Part shown: positions 48,414 through 58,547 of the stretch, one piece after another
Position numbering within the stretch: position 1 is the first letter of the stretch
Layout: each line of letters begins with the position of its first letter
NCBI GenBank assembly: GCA_049976425.1
Contig: JBMFIG010000001.1
Coordinates: 192,001-256,000, forward strand
Direction: 5' to 3'
DNA length: 64,000 nt
Source of the DNA: Thermoproteus sp.
GTDB lineage: Archaea; Thermoproteota; Thermoprotei; Thermoproteales; Thermoproteaceae
Notes under the pieces: generated by a model
What the model saw: only the letters and a program-made list of their open reading frames with translations
Told to the model about the DNA's origin: nothing
Databases searched by the model: none
Made by a program: the position numbers and the translations under genes

Positions 48414-48452
48414 GGCCCGCCAGACATGCCCAGCTTAAAAACATTGCGCCGG

Positions 48453-50318
48453 CTAGCACGGGCGTAGGTCCACGACTGTGGTGTTTATCCTCGGCGTGCC
48501 TCCGTAGGGGTTCGGCGTCCCGTCGACTACCGCGTTCACAGGCCGCCCCTCGGCGTCTCTCGGGATACCTCTCATCAGCAGGACTCCGCGCGGGACGGCG
48601 GGATCTGCGACGAGCCTCACCTTGATCGATACGCCACCTCTCTCCAGACAGGCGTAATCGCCTTTGAGATCCTCCGGGTTCACGTACACCACCGGCGGCG
48701 GGGCGCCGTACTCCTCGAAGAACTGGGTGTTCGTGTGCAAGGGCTCCGAGGTGAAGGTCAAGACGTATCCGGCGGCCGGCCTAACGTAGGCGGGCAGAGG
48801 GCTGGCCCCCCTCCTCTCGGCCGACGTGCTGTAGAACTCGAGCTTGCCCGACGGCGTGTTGAAGCGCATCGGATCCCCGCGCCTCAACACGACGACGCCT
48901 CTAGCCCTCAGCTCCGCCAGGCTCACGCCGGCCGGCCTTAAAGCCCTATCCACCGCGTCCCAAGGATCCTCGGCCATCAACACGTGGCGCCCGAGGCCCA
49001 ACGCCTTCGCCACCTCCCTAACCACCCAGTGCTCTGGCCTGGACTCGCCCACCGGCTGCGCAACCGCTCTATTGTACACCAGCAGGTTGTGCCAGTAGCT
49101 GTACACCACGTCGTCCTTCTCGAGATACGAGGGGGCCGGGAGCACCAGATCGGCGCATTCGGCCGTCTCGTTGAGGACCAGATCGTGGACCGCCAAGAAT
49201 AGATCGCCGCGGCGCGCCGCCTCGCATATCCTGTCGCCTTGGGGGAGCGTCATGACGGGGTTGGAGTTCCAGACGTACATGACGTCGAATTTATCCACGG
49301 CGTTGCCCAGGAGGCCCATAGGCACCACGGACGAGGGCCCCCCGGCGTGTAGGCCCCTCAAGTAGTCGAAGTCAATGCCCCAGGCCCCCGAGTTGGAGTA
49401 GAAGAACCCCAGCGGGTCGCCCAGAAGCCCGTGTATCAACGAGATAGCCCTCACGGCCTCGCCGCCGTTGAGGGTCCTCCCGAGCGAGAAGCCTATCACG
49501 GTCTTCGCACCCGACTCGTAGAGGTCTGCGAGCTTCTCCAGGGTCTGGGGATCGACGCCGGCCTCAGCCTCCACGTACTGCGGATCGAACCGCTGGACGT
49601 ACTCAGCGAATTTCTCGAAGCCGTAGGAGTACCGCTCCACGAAATGCCGGTCGTAAGATCCCCGCGAGATCAGCTCCCTTGCGATCCCCAGCGCAAGGAC
49701 CACGTCGGTGCCGGGCCTCACGACGACCGGGAGATCCGCCGCCTTCAAGGTCTCCGTCAGCGCCACGTCGACGGCAGCTATGGTCGCGCGGGCCCTTTTG
49801 GCCAAAGCCCAGCCGTGTATGAAGCTGACCGCCGCGTTGACGCCCCAGAAGACGACCGCCCTGGCCGACGCGAGCTCCTCGGGCAACATGCCCCAGCTAC
49901 GGCCCCAGTGGAGCTTCAAGGCGGCGTGGCCCTCAGCGCTACATATGGAGTAGTCCGTCGAAGCCGCCCCCAACGCGTTGAATAGGCGGGCGGGGTAGTA
50001 CCAGGTCAGGAGGCCCTGATTCCCGTCGTACTCCACGTGTATCACCCTTCGCGGATCCGCCGATCTGAGCCTCTCCGCGAGCTCGGCGATAGCCCTATCC
50101 CACCCCACCTCGATGAAGCTCCCCCCGCTCCTTAACAACGGCCTCTTGACGCGCCTCTCGGAGTAAAGCCTCTTGACGTCGGCCCTCCCGCGGGGGCACG
50201 TGAAGCCGAGGACCGGGAACCACCTCGCCGGCCTTAAATCCACCAGCCTTCCGCCTGCGGCTATCGGCTCGAACACGCAGGTATCGTAGCAGTCGCGGGT
50301 ACACGCAATTAGGCCCAC
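48453..50318 (-). CDS. Molybdopterin-dependent oxidoreductase
   Basis: CTRDCYDTC Fe-S motif, PGTD, ADLVLPA, TPSGKLEF. Confidence 0.92.
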   Translation of the reverse strand: MGLIACTRDCYDTCVFEPIAAGGRLVDLRPARWFPVLGFTCPRGRADVKRLYSERRVKRPLLRSGGSFIEVGWDRAIAELAERLRSADPRRVIHVEYDGNQGLLTWYYPARLFNALGAASTDYSICSAEGHAALKLHWGRSWGMLPEELASARAVVFWGVNAAVSFIHGWALAKRARATIAAVDVALTETLKAADLPVVVRPGTDVVLALGIARELISRGSYDRHFVERYSYGFEKFAEYVQRFDPQYVEAEAGVDPQTLEKLADLYESGAKTVIGFSLGRTLNGGEAVRAISLIHGLLGDPLGFFYSNSGAWGIDFDYLRGLHAGGPSSVVPMGLLGNAVDKFDVMYVWNSNPVMTLPQGDRICEAARRGDLFLAVHDLVLNETAECADLVLPAPSYLEKDDVVYSYWHNLLVYNRAVAQPVGESRPEHWVVREVAKALGLGRHVLMAEDPWDAVDRALRPAGVSLAELRARGVVVLRRGDPMRFNTPSGKLEFYSTSAERRGASPLPAYVRPAAGYVLTFTSEPLHTNTQFFEEYGAPPPVVYVNPEDLKGDYACLERGGVSIKVRLVADPAVPRGVLLMRGIPRDAEGRPVNAVVDGTPNPYGGTPRINTTVVDLRPC

Positions 50319-50363
50319 GTACGGGCGATCGCCACATTTAATAACTGCGCGCGTCCCGACGAT

Positions 50364-50759
50364 ATGGCTAGGCTACCCGGATACGAGGAGGTTGTGAGGG
50401 CTTTAGCCAAGGCGTCCGGCCTCCCGCATCTGGCCGAAGTGCCTATCTACGTCGTCTATTCGGACTCGCGGTCGAGGGCGTACGCCAGGATATGGGGCCT
50501 CTCCAAGCCTCTGCAGGAGGCCCTGGGCATAGGCCCTCTATACGTCGTCGAGCTGTTGGCCCCCTTCTGGGATCTCGACTGCGAGGGGAAGACGAAGGTG
50601 TTGGCTCACGAGCTGGCCCACATACCGCGCACCGCCAGCGGCGCCTTGAGGCCCCACAACGCCTACTTCCGGAGGGACTACAAGGCTATACTGAGGCGAG
50701 CCGGGGGGATCTGCGACGCCGTCAAGGAGCTGGACCGAGCGGGAAAGTCCTCTCTCTGA
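50364..50759 (+). CDS. Putative zincin metallopeptidase
   Basis: ARIWGL, HELAHIP...GALRPH. Confidence 0.8.
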   Translation: MARLPGYEEVVRALAKASGLPHLAEVPIYVVYSDSRSRAYARIWGLSKPLQEALGIGPLYVVELLAPFWDLDCEGKTKVLAHELAHIPRTASGALRPHNAYFRRDYKAILRRAGGICDAVKELDRAGKSSL

Positions 50760-51711
50760 GTATCGCCAAAGTCACGTAGACGCCGCCGGCCATTAATACC
50801 GCCGCCGACGCGCCGACCAGAGGGCCGTATCCGGTCAGCCGCAACGCGCTCGCCGTTATGGGTATCAACGGGAGGTATTGGGGCCATCTGGGGACTTGCC
50901 GCAGGAACACCGACGGCAAGAACCAGGGTATACATAGGCTGAACATAATCACCGATATGCCCATGTAGAGGAAGTGGCTGGCGGGGAGGCCTAGGAAGCC
51001 CAGCGGGGAGAGCAGAGGCAACAGCCTGCCGACGGCGGTGCCCCACGAGTAGGGCTCGCGCGATATGTGGAACCCCCTCACCAAGGCCAGAAACGCCGCG
51101 AACACGAGCGCAGTTGATATGGGCTGCGGCGCCGGGGAGAACACGAGCGCTAGATAGACGGCGGCGAACGCGGCCGCCGCGGGGAGGCCCACGTAGATCT
51201 TCCTCTTGGCCGAATCGACGCGTAGCATTAGGCTCATGGCGGAGGCCGCCGGGAACGACATAACGATCTGCCAGGGGGATCCGGCGAGGGCGAGCGCGGC
51301 GAGCCCCGCGACGGTTATTAGATTGGGCGGCGCGTTCCTGCCCTTGAAGCCCGGCGCGTATAGCGCTATGTAGAGCGCCGAGAAGGGGGCCCAGGAGAAC
51401 GGCACGCGAGCGTATCCGCCGACGAGGCCCGCCGCGAACAGCGCCAGGAGGACGTAGCTCAACGGCCTCTTCGGCATAGTGTTAGTGAACGCCGGGTGTT
51501 GCAGATACATGACGGAGAGGTAGAACGCGAGGAGGCCCCACACCATGAAGTCGCCGTGTAGCTCCACGGAGAGGCGAGGCGCGGCGAGGCCGGCCATGAA
51601 GAGAGCGAAGGAGAGGGCGAGGGCTATCTGCGAGGTCCTCACCAAGTCGATATTAGCATAGAAATACTCCCTCGCGGGGCCTCTCCCTATCCTGTACCAC
51701 ATATACGGCAT
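50722..51711 (-). CDS. Polytopic membrane protein (NnrS-like)
   Basis: Many TM helices, LHGDFMVWG, HFLYMG. Confidence 0.65.
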   Translation of the reverse strand: MPYMWYRIGRGPAREYFYANIDLVRTSQIALALSFALFMAGLAAPRLSVELHGDFMVWGLLAFYLSVMYLQHPAFTNTMPKRPLSYVLLALFAAGLVGGYARVPFSWAPFSALYIALYAPGFKGRNAPPNLITVAGLAALALAGSPWQIVMSFPAASAMSLMLRVDSAKRKIYVGLPAAAAFAAVYLALVFSPAPQPISTALVFAAFLALVRGFHISREPYSWGTAVGRLLPLLSPLGFLGLPASHFLYMGISVIMFSLCIPWFLPSVFLRQVPRWPQYLPLIPITASALRLTGYGPLVGASAAVLMAGGVYVTLAILRERTFPLGPAP

Positions 51712-51770
51712 CTCCTCCTCTGCTTAAAAACATAGGCGCGAGCGTTTTTAATGCCTGCCCTAGATAGGCC

Positions 51771-51977
51771 ATGTACTACATAGCGGACGAGAAGCTGAGA
51801 TCGGCCGTCGAGAAGTTCGGAGTCGAGAAGACCATGGCTTGCAGGACGCTGTACCAGCTCGTCAAGCTCTACAAGGCCGGCCTCGTGACGGAGTCTGTGG
51901 GGAAGAAGGCCGAGGCAATGCTGGGCGATATGTGCCCAAAGGAGCTGATAGACATCGTGGCCCAGACGACCGACTAG
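51771..51977 (+). CDS. Small hypothetical protein
   Basis: 68-aa ORF with TTTTTAAT box upstream. Confidence 0.65.
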   Translation: MYYIADEKLRSAVEKFGVEKTMACRTLYQLVKLYKAGLVTESVGKKAEAMLGDMCPKELIDIVAQTTD

Positions 51978-53119
51978 CCGAACTTCTTCTCCAGGAGCTT
52001 GTATATGACGTACTTCATCACCTCGTTGGTCCCCTCCCCTATCTCCAATATCTTCGAGTCCCTATAGAACATCTCCGCCTTGCTGTCCTTGCTGTAGCCG
52101 AAGCCGCCCTCCATCTGCACGGCCCTCCGCGTCACGTCCACGGCGAGGCGGGCGGCCTGTAGCTTGGCCACGTGCGACATCAGCAAGAAGTCCGGCGACT
52201 TGGTGTCGTAGAGATACGCCGCGTAGTAGGCGAGCATCCTCGCGGTCTCTATGGAGGCCAGCATCTCGGCCAGCTCGAACTGCGCGTTCTGCATCTCCAC
52301 GAGCCTCTTGCCGAAGAGCTCCCGGCTCCTGGCCCAGCCGAGGGCCTCCTCGAAGGCCCCCCTCGCAACCCCTATGGCCACTCCCGATATGGCCACCCTC
52401 CCGACGTCCAGCGTGTGCATGATTATCTTCCACCCGCCGTTAACCTCGCCGACGACGTCGTCGTCGCCGACAACGCAGTCGTTGAACTTCAGCTCGGCCG
52501 TGCCCGTCCCCCTAACGCCCATGACCTCTATGGGCGTCGCCTCGACGCATCCGCTCCTCGGCAGGAGGAAGACGGTTATGGCCTTGTGGCGGGCCTCCCG
52601 CGGCCCTGTCCTGGCCGCTAGGAGGTAGTAGTCGGCGTAGTAGCCGTTGGTTATCCACATCTTGTGGCCGTTTATCACCCACTCGCCGCCCCTCCTCTCG
52701 GCCTTGGTCTGTATGGCTGCGGCGTCTGAGCCGCAACAGGGCTCAGAGAGGGCGAAGGCGCCTATCTTATCGCCGGCGGCGACCTTGGGCAAGACCTCGT
52801 CTTTCTGCCTCTTAGAGGCGAAGTTGTTTACAGCGTCGGCGAAGAGTATGCCGTATGCCTCTACCAACAAGCTGAACCCGCCGCTGACGCGGCCCAGCTC
52901 CTCGAGGACGACGACGGCCGCCCTCAGATCTCCCCCGCCTCCTCCGTACTCGGCCGGCACTGTCGGCGTGAGGATGCCCAGCTTGCCCGCCTCCTTGATG
53001 GTCTCGCGGGGGTAGTAGTTCTCTCTATCCATCCTGCGCGCGATGGGATCGACGTACTTCTCGGCGAAATCGCGGGCCGACTTCCTGATGAGCTCGTGCT
53101 CCTCGGTCAAAAGGCTCAT
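51974..53119 (-). CDS. Acyl-CoA dehydrogenase
   Basis: FALSEPCCGSD, NGHKMWITNG, GGFGY, EIGEGTNE. Confidence 0.96.
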   Translation of the reverse strand: MSLLTEEHELIRKSARDFAEKYVDPIARRMDRENYYPRETIKEAGKLGILTPTVPAEYGGGGGDLRAAVVVLEELGRVSGGFSLLVEAYGILFADAVNNFASKRQKDEVLPKVAAGDKIGAFALSEPCCGSDAAAIQTKAERRGGEWVINGHKMWITNGYYADYYLLAARTGPREARHKAITVFLLPRSGCVEATPIEVMGVRGTGTAELKFNDCVVGDDDVVGEVNGGWKIIMHTLDVGRVAISGVAIGVARGAFEEALGWARSRELFGKRLVEMQNAQFELAEMLASIETARMLAYYAAYLYDTKSPDFLLMSHVAKLQAARLAVDVTRRAVQMEGGFGYSKDSKAEMFYRDSKILEIGEGTNEVMKYVIYKLLEKKFG

Positions 53120-53547
53120 GCCTCCTCGAAATACTCAATGTCGGTAACTAGACCCCTCCTCTCGTCGCGCCACTTGGGCTTTACCTTCATGCCCACCCTA
53201 GGCTTGTCGGTCTTCACGTAGTGTATGAGGCCGCCCTCGACGCCGGGGAACCTTATGAAGGCCAGCACTTTCTTCTCCTTCAACGGCTCGCCGTAGAAAT
53301 CCCTCTCGACCACCGTGTAGCTCTCGACGACGCCGACGGGCGCCACCTCCCGTAGCTCCTTGACCTCCTCGAAGTCGTATGGGCAGTACATCTTCGGCGG
53401 GAGGAACAGACGGCCGCACTTGGGGCAGTACGCCGCGGTTATCTTGCCCGACTTGAGGGCCTCCAGCCACTTAGTGCCGATAGGGCCGGCGGTATAGACG
53501 TACGCCTCTATCTCCATCACTTCGGGGAACTGCTTGACCCGCCTCAT
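53116..53547 (-). CDS. DUF35 Zn-ribbon/OB-fold protein
   Basis: CPKCG..FLPP..YCP; ATGA overlaps. Confidence 0.9.
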   Translation of the reverse strand: MRRVKQFPEVMEIEAYVYTAGPIGTKWLEALKSGKITAAYCPKCGRLFLPPKMYCPYDFEEVKELREVAPVGVVESYTVVERDFYGEPLKEKKVLAFIRFPGVEGGLIHYVKTDKPRVGMKVKPKWRDERRGLVTDIEYFEEA

Positions 53548-54083
53548 GGCCTCACCACCTCGAAGCATTCTATGTCGGTGATGGACCCAGTTCTCTGCTC
53601 CGGCGGCTTCCACTTGGCCTTCACCCTAGCCCCGAATATCCTCATGGACTTCACGTCGTCTTCCGACGCGCCGCAGATGTAGTGCATCAAGCCGGGGAAG
53701 AAGTGGTCGTCGAACTGGCGGCCCGGGACGTCGAGCTTTATAATGCCCACGGCCACCGGCTTCTCGAGCCTGGCCCTCGTAGCCGATATATAGCTCAGGA
53801 CAGCAGTCACCACGACGCCTTCGTCCCGAGCCTCAATCCACCCGTCCACCTCCCTGAAGCAGTAGGAGCAGTACATACGCGGCGGGACGAACACCCTGCC
53901 GCACTTGGCGCAGTAGGTGCCGAGGATCTTCCCCTCCTTCAAGCCCGCGAGGAACCGCCCGAGCGCCTGCCCCGTCGTGTAGTTGTAACGCGCCTTGCCC
54001 ACCACCGGGAACTCGAACACCGGGAAGTCGACCTTCTCGTACTTGGTGCCTCTCGGATTTAGGGGCTTGGTCGCGCCGCTCAT
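53544..54083 (-). CDS. DUF35 Zn-ribbon/OB-fold protein
   Basis: CAKCG..FVPPR.YC..C, RTGSITDI. Confidence 0.9.
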   Translation of the reverse strand: MSGATKPLNPRGTKYEKVDFPVFEFPVVGKARYNYTTGQALGRFLAGLKEGKILGTYCAKCGRVFVPPRMYCSYCFREVDGWIEARDEGVVVTAVLSYISATRARLEKPVAVGIIKLDVPGRQFDDHFFPGLMHYICGASEDDVKSMRIFGARVKAKWKPPEQRTGSITDIECFEVVRP

Positions 54084-55267
54084 ATCCCCATCACTATCAC
54101 TGTTCCCACTTGCATTAGATCGCCCCACGCCTGTGCCAGCCCCGTATACACCGGCTTCTTCACCTGCCTCGCGCCGGCCTCGCCCCTCACCTGCCAGAAT
54201 ATCTCAGCGACCTTCATGAGGCCTGCGGCGGCTATGGGGTTGCCCACGCCTAACAAGCCGCCTGACGGGTTTATGGGCAGGTCTCCGTCTCTCTGCGTCG
54301 CGCCCTCCTTGGTCAGAATAGGCGCCTCGCATTTCTTGGCCAGACCGAGGCCCTCCATGTGGTGGAGCTCCTTGTAGTCGAAGGGGTCGTAGGGCTCGGC
54401 CACGTCTATCTGCTTCCTCGGGTTGTCTATGCCCGCCATACGGTAGGCCATCTCGGCGGCGCGGCGCACGTATTCCGGATAGGCCAGATCGCGGTTGGTC
54501 CAGTGGGTCGTGTCGAGCGTCCACCCTATCCCCTTGACCCATACTGGGGTGTCGGTTATCCTCCTCGCCTCCTCCTCGCTGGCGAGGACCACGGCCGCGG
54601 CCCCGTCGCTCGTCGGGGATATGTCGTATAGCTGGACCGGCCAGACCAGCACCTCGCTTTTGAGCACGTCGTCGACGGTTATGTTGGGCATACACAGCTG
54701 GGCCGACGGGTGGCCGCAGGCGTTGCGCTTGTTCTTGACCGAGACCAACGCTATGTCCTCCTTCTTGACGTTGCACTTATGCATGTAGCGGTGCATCTCC
54801 ATGGCGAATATCCAGATCAAGTTGGGGTTGAGGGGCTTCTCCACTATGGGATCCCATATGTAGCGGAAGACGTACTGTGGATGCGGCTTCGCTGAGTGGC
54901 TCATTTTCTCCTCGGCCACGACCAACGCGGTCTTGCAGAGGCCCGACGCGACGTGCCACCAACCGGCCACAGGCACGAACACGCCAGTCCCGCCGCCGAC
55001 GCAGACCCTCACGGTCGGTTTGTGTATGCCGCCGGCGCCCTCAGCCAGGTATTCGCCCTTCATGTGAACCCCGTCGAAGGCGTCCGGGGCGCTACCGATC
55101 ACGACGCAGTCTATATCCTTCAGCGTGAGGCCCGCCTCGTCGAGGGCTTGCTTAGCCGCGAGCCAAGCCAGCTCCTGCGGCGTCTCCAACATCTTGCTTC
55201 TGAACAGCGTCAGCCCAGCCCCGACGACGGCCACGCGGTGTTTGAAGTTCAAGTTCCGGCCAGTCAT
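54080..55267 (-). CDS. Thiolase-domain protein
   Basis: SPTSDGAAA, EPYDPF, INPSGGL. Confidence 0.9.
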   Translation of the reverse strand: MTGRNLNFKHRVAVVGAGLTLFRSKMLETPQELAWLAAKQALDEAGLTLKDIDCVVIGSAPDAFDGVHMKGEYLAEGAGGIHKPTVRVCVGGGTGVFVPVAGWWHVASGLCKTALVVAEEKMSHSAKPHPQYVFRYIWDPIVEKPLNPNLIWIFAMEMHRYMHKCNVKKEDIALVSVKNKRNACGHPSAQLCMPNITVDDVLKSEVLVWPVQLYDISPTSDGAAAVVLASEEEARRITDTPVWVKGIGWTLDTTHWTNRDLAYPEYVRRAAEMAYRMAGIDNPRKQIDVAEPYDPFDYKELHHMEGLGLAKKCEAPILTKEGATQRDGDLPINPSGGLLGVGNPIAAAGLMKVAEIFWQVRGEAGARQVKKPVYTGLAQAWGDLMQVGTVIVMGI

Positions 55268-56406
55268 ATCCTCAACACGACGACGGTGCTTGTAGTCGTG
55301 GGTATCCCCCTCCAGCTGTGCACCACGGCGACCTCCTTCCTGTCGGCCTGCACCTTTATGTCGCCCCTCATGACGCCCACCGCGTAGCTCAAGCGGGCGA
55401 GGCCGTGTACCTCGAACGGCACGCCCTCGGCCAAGGCCCCGCCGCTGAGGTTAACCGGCAGTCTACCGCCGGGATGGAAGGCGCCGTCCACCAACAGATC
55501 CTTGGCGGTCCCCCTAGGGGCCAGCCTAAGGGCCTCAATATGCTGGAGCTCCTTGAAGCTGTAGCGGTTGTCTACCTCCGCGAAGCCTACCTCCTTGGCG
55601 GGATCGACTATCTTGGCCTGTCTATATGCGCCGTCAGCGGCCTCCCTGGCGTGGATGGGGAAGGACCAGTCGTGTAGCTCTAGGGACGAGATCTCGGTGG
55701 ACCACCAAGCGCCGTCGACCCAGACCGGCGTATCCGTGTAGTCCCTTATCACCTTCTCCGATGCCAAGACCACGACCGCGGCGGCATCGACGAACCCAGC
55801 TATGTCCGCCTCGCGTAGCGGATCGGCGACGATGGGAGTCGACGACCTCAATCTGCCCGGAGACGCGTAGACCGCCCTCGGGTTCCTAGCCCCAGCTTCA
55901 TGCGCCTTCTTGACTACGGCGTCTAGATGCTCCTCGGTCACTCCGTGTTTCGACATATAGGCTCTGGCCTCTAGCGCGGCCAGCGCATGGACGTTCTCAA
56001 GCCCTAGGGGCCTAATAGATATGGGGTCTGTTGCCATGAACATCACGTCGTTAAGCGTGAGGAGATCTGAAGGCTTCCCATGCGATTCCGCTACAACTAC
56101 GTCGAAGAGACCGGACTTTATCAACATATAGGCCTGTCCCACGCATTGGAGCCCATCGCCAGCCACCGTGTAGACCGGCTTCATAACTCCGCCGACAGGA
56201 TCCGGCGCGAACTCGTCAGCTATGGATATGCCCTCCCAGAAGTCCTCTTGGCACGACACGAAGGCGTCCACGTCTTTACGCGGGTCGAGCCCGCCGGCGT
56301 CCTCGTATGCCCTCTGCGCCGCCTTGAACATCATCTCGCGGAACGAGTAGTCGACGACTTCGGGCTGGAAGCCGAACCAGCCCACACCTGCAATCCCTAC
56401 CCTCAT
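55264..56406 (-). CDS. Thiolase-domain protein (degenerate)
   Basis: DAAAVVVLASE, VNLSGG; thiolase-fold pattern. Confidence 0.87.
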   Translation of the reverse strand: MRVGIAGVGWFGFQPEVVDYSFREMMFKAAQRAYEDAGGLDPRKDVDAFVSCQEDFWEGISIADEFAPDPVGGVMKPVYTVAGDGLQCVGQAYMLIKSGLFDVVVAESHGKPSDLLTLNDVMFMATDPISIRPLGLENVHALAALEARAYMSKHGVTEEHLDAVVKKAHEAGARNPRAVYASPGRLRSSTPIVADPLREADIAGFVDAAAVVVLASEKVIRDYTDTPVWVDGAWWSTEISSLELHDWSFPIHAREAADGAYRQAKIVDPAKEVGFAEVDNRYSFKELQHIEALRLAPRGTAKDLLVDGAFHPGGRLPVNLSGGALAEGVPFEVHGLARLSYAVGVMRGDIKVQADRKEVAVVHSWRGIPTTTSTVVVLRI

Positions 56407-56465
56407 TAACTATAAAGGAAATGCTGATTATTTAACAGTTGACAGTACAACTTAATTAAAATCGA

Positions 56466-58346
56466 TTATACCGCCTTCTTGATCTCCTCGATGGCGTCGG
56501 GGTTCTCCAAGGCCGACAGATCGCCGGGGTTGCGGCCTAGGTAGACGGCCCTTATGACCCTCCTCATGATCTTGGCGTTGCGCGTCTTCGGCAACATCTT
56601 GACGAACTTTATATCCTCCACCGCGCCGAAGGCCTTCCCCAAAGCCTCCTCGGTGAGCTTTATGAGCTCGCGCCTCAAGGCATCGCTGGGCTCGTAGCCC
56701 GGCTTCAACACAACGAAACATATGGGGACCTCGCCCTTGACCTCGTGGGGGACGCCTATACAGGCGGATTCAGCCACTGCGGGGTGGACGTTGAGGACGG
56801 TCTCAATCTCGGCGGGACCCAGACGCTTCCCGGCCACCTTTATCGTGTCGTCGGCCCTCCCCAAGATATAGAAATAGCCGTCTTGGTCGACCATGGCGGC
56901 GTCGCCGTGGGCCCACACGCCGGGCCATTTGCTCCAGTAGGTCTCCAGATAGCGTTGCGGATCCCTCCAGAAGCCTCTGGTCATGCCGGGCCACACCGAC
57001 AGGACGACCAGCTCTCCCTCCACGCCCGGAGGAGCCGGCCTGCCGTCCTCGGCGAAGACAGCGGCCTTGGTGCCTATGCTCGCGCCGTTGAAGGAGCTCG
57101 GCTTTATGGGCTTGACCACGTAGCAGCCCAATATGCCTCCCGAGATCTCCGTGCCGCCCGAGTAGTTTATTATGGGTATCCTTCCCCTGCCCATCTTATA
57201 CAGCCAGAGCCAGCTCTCGACGTCTATGGGCTCGCCCGTGTTGCCGAACGCCTCAAGACGGTCCAACTGCCCGGGCTCCGCCGACGCGCCTATGCTTCTG
57301 AGATACCTCGTGAGAGTTGCGGCGAGGCCCAACGACTTGACCCTAAACCTCTCCACGAAGCGCCACAGCCTGTCCTTAGGGTAGTCGGGAGCCCCCTCGA
57401 AGAACGCCATAGAGCCCTTGAGGAGGTACGCCGCGAAGACCATCCAAGGCCCCATCATCCAGCCCATGTCGGTCACCCAGCTCAACGTATCGCCCCTGCC
57501 TATGTCGAAGTGGAAGTAGACGTCGGCGGCCGCCTTTATGGGGAAGCCGTCGTGTGTGTGGACGGTGCCCTTGGGCTTCCCGGTGGTGCCCGAGGTGTAT
57601 ATGATCATGACGGGGTCCTCCGAGGACGCCCTCTCGACGTAATCCCCGCCCGTCTTGAACACGTCCGAGAGCGGGACGTAGCCGCTCGGCCTTCCGGCCC
57701 TCTCATGCACCACCACGTGCCTCACGCTTTGCGTTAGGCCGGCCTTGAGCTCGGACAGCATGTCTATCTCCTTACCTCTGCGGTACGACACGTCCGAGGC
57801 GAAGACGAACTTGGCCTCGCTGTCCTCCAGCCTAACCCTGATGGCCTCCTTGCCGAAGCCGCTGAAGAGAGGCACTATTATGCCGCCAGCTCTTATGGCG
57901 CCCAGCATGACCGGTACTATCTCGGGCACCATGGGCATGAAGATCGCGACGCGGTCCCCCTTCTCCAAGCCGTTGCGTTTGAGCCAGCTCGCCACGGCCC
58001 TGGCCTTGTAGAGCACCTCCGAGTAGCTCCAGATCGCCGTAGTGCCGTCCTCGCCCTCCCATTTGACTAAGGGATCCGCCGAGTCGTCCAGCTGGTCGGC
58101 TATGTTTATACGCCCCCCTACAAACCACTGCGGCCACTGGATCCCCCGCGAGAGGTCCAGAACCTTCCCGTACTCCTCGTACCACCTAAGCCTCAGTACC
58201 TCGCGGTCGAAGGAAGCCCAAAACTCGTCGGGTTTCTCGTAAGTATAGGCAATGAACTCTTCGAGAGTTTTGAAGCCATGAATAGACATATATTTAGCGA
58301 CATTAGAATTTTCTAGGTGGTTTCTTTCGGGCCTCCAGACCTCCAT
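56466..58346 (-). CDS. AMP-forming acyl-CoA synthetase (acetate/acetoacetate-CoA ligase-like)
   Basis: YTSGTTGKPKG, SGGTE, GRADD, PKTRNAK. Confidence 0.93.
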   Translation of the reverse strand: MEVWRPERNHLENSNVAKYMSIHGFKTLEEFIAYTYEKPDEFWASFDREVLRLRWYEEYGKVLDLSRGIQWPQWFVGGRINIADQLDDSADPLVKWEGEDGTTAIWSYSEVLYKARAVASWLKRNGLEKGDRVAIFMPMVPEIVPVMLGAIRAGGIIVPLFSGFGKEAIRVRLEDSEAKFVFASDVSYRRGKEIDMLSELKAGLTQSVRHVVVHERAGRPSGYVPLSDVFKTGGDYVERASSEDPVMIIYTSGTTGKPKGTVHTHDGFPIKAAADVYFHFDIGRGDTLSWVTDMGWMMGPWMVFAAYLLKGSMAFFEGAPDYPKDRLWRFVERFRVKSLGLAATLTRYLRSIGASAEPGQLDRLEAFGNTGEPIDVESWLWLYKMGRGRIPIINYSGGTEISGGILGCYVVKPIKPSSFNGASIGTKAAVFAEDGRPAPPGVEGELVVLSVWPGMTRGFWRDPQRYLETYWSKWPGVWAHGDAAMVDQDGYFYILGRADDTIKVAGKRLGPAEIETVLNVHPAVAESACIGVPHEVKGEVPICFVVLKPGYEPSDALRRELIKLTEEALGKAFGAVEDIKFVKMLPKTRNAKIMRRVIRAVYLGRNPGDLSALENPDAIEEIKKAV

Positions 58347-58349
58347 CAA

Positions 58350-58547
58350 TTAATTTCCTACTTAAATTTTTAAATATTTACGCTATGTATGTAGTCAGTA
58401 TAATAACTATAACAAAATATAATGTGACTAAAATAAACTTAAATATATTAAAAATACATATAAATATAAAATTATATATAGAAATTCGGAATTAATCGTA
58501 ATTATTTATCTAACCGGATGATTGTTGCGGCCGCGACCGCCGGTCTT
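58350..58547. promoter_or_regulatory. AT-rich promoter region of the acyl-CoA cluster
   Basis: About 200 bp of AT-rich non-coding sequence with TATA-like boxes. Confidence 0.55.

Noticed and set aside
51990-52022. GTGATGA box C-like motif near the acyl-CoA dehydrogenase 3' end
   Set aside because: Explained by codons (EVMK), with no CTGA at the expected distance.
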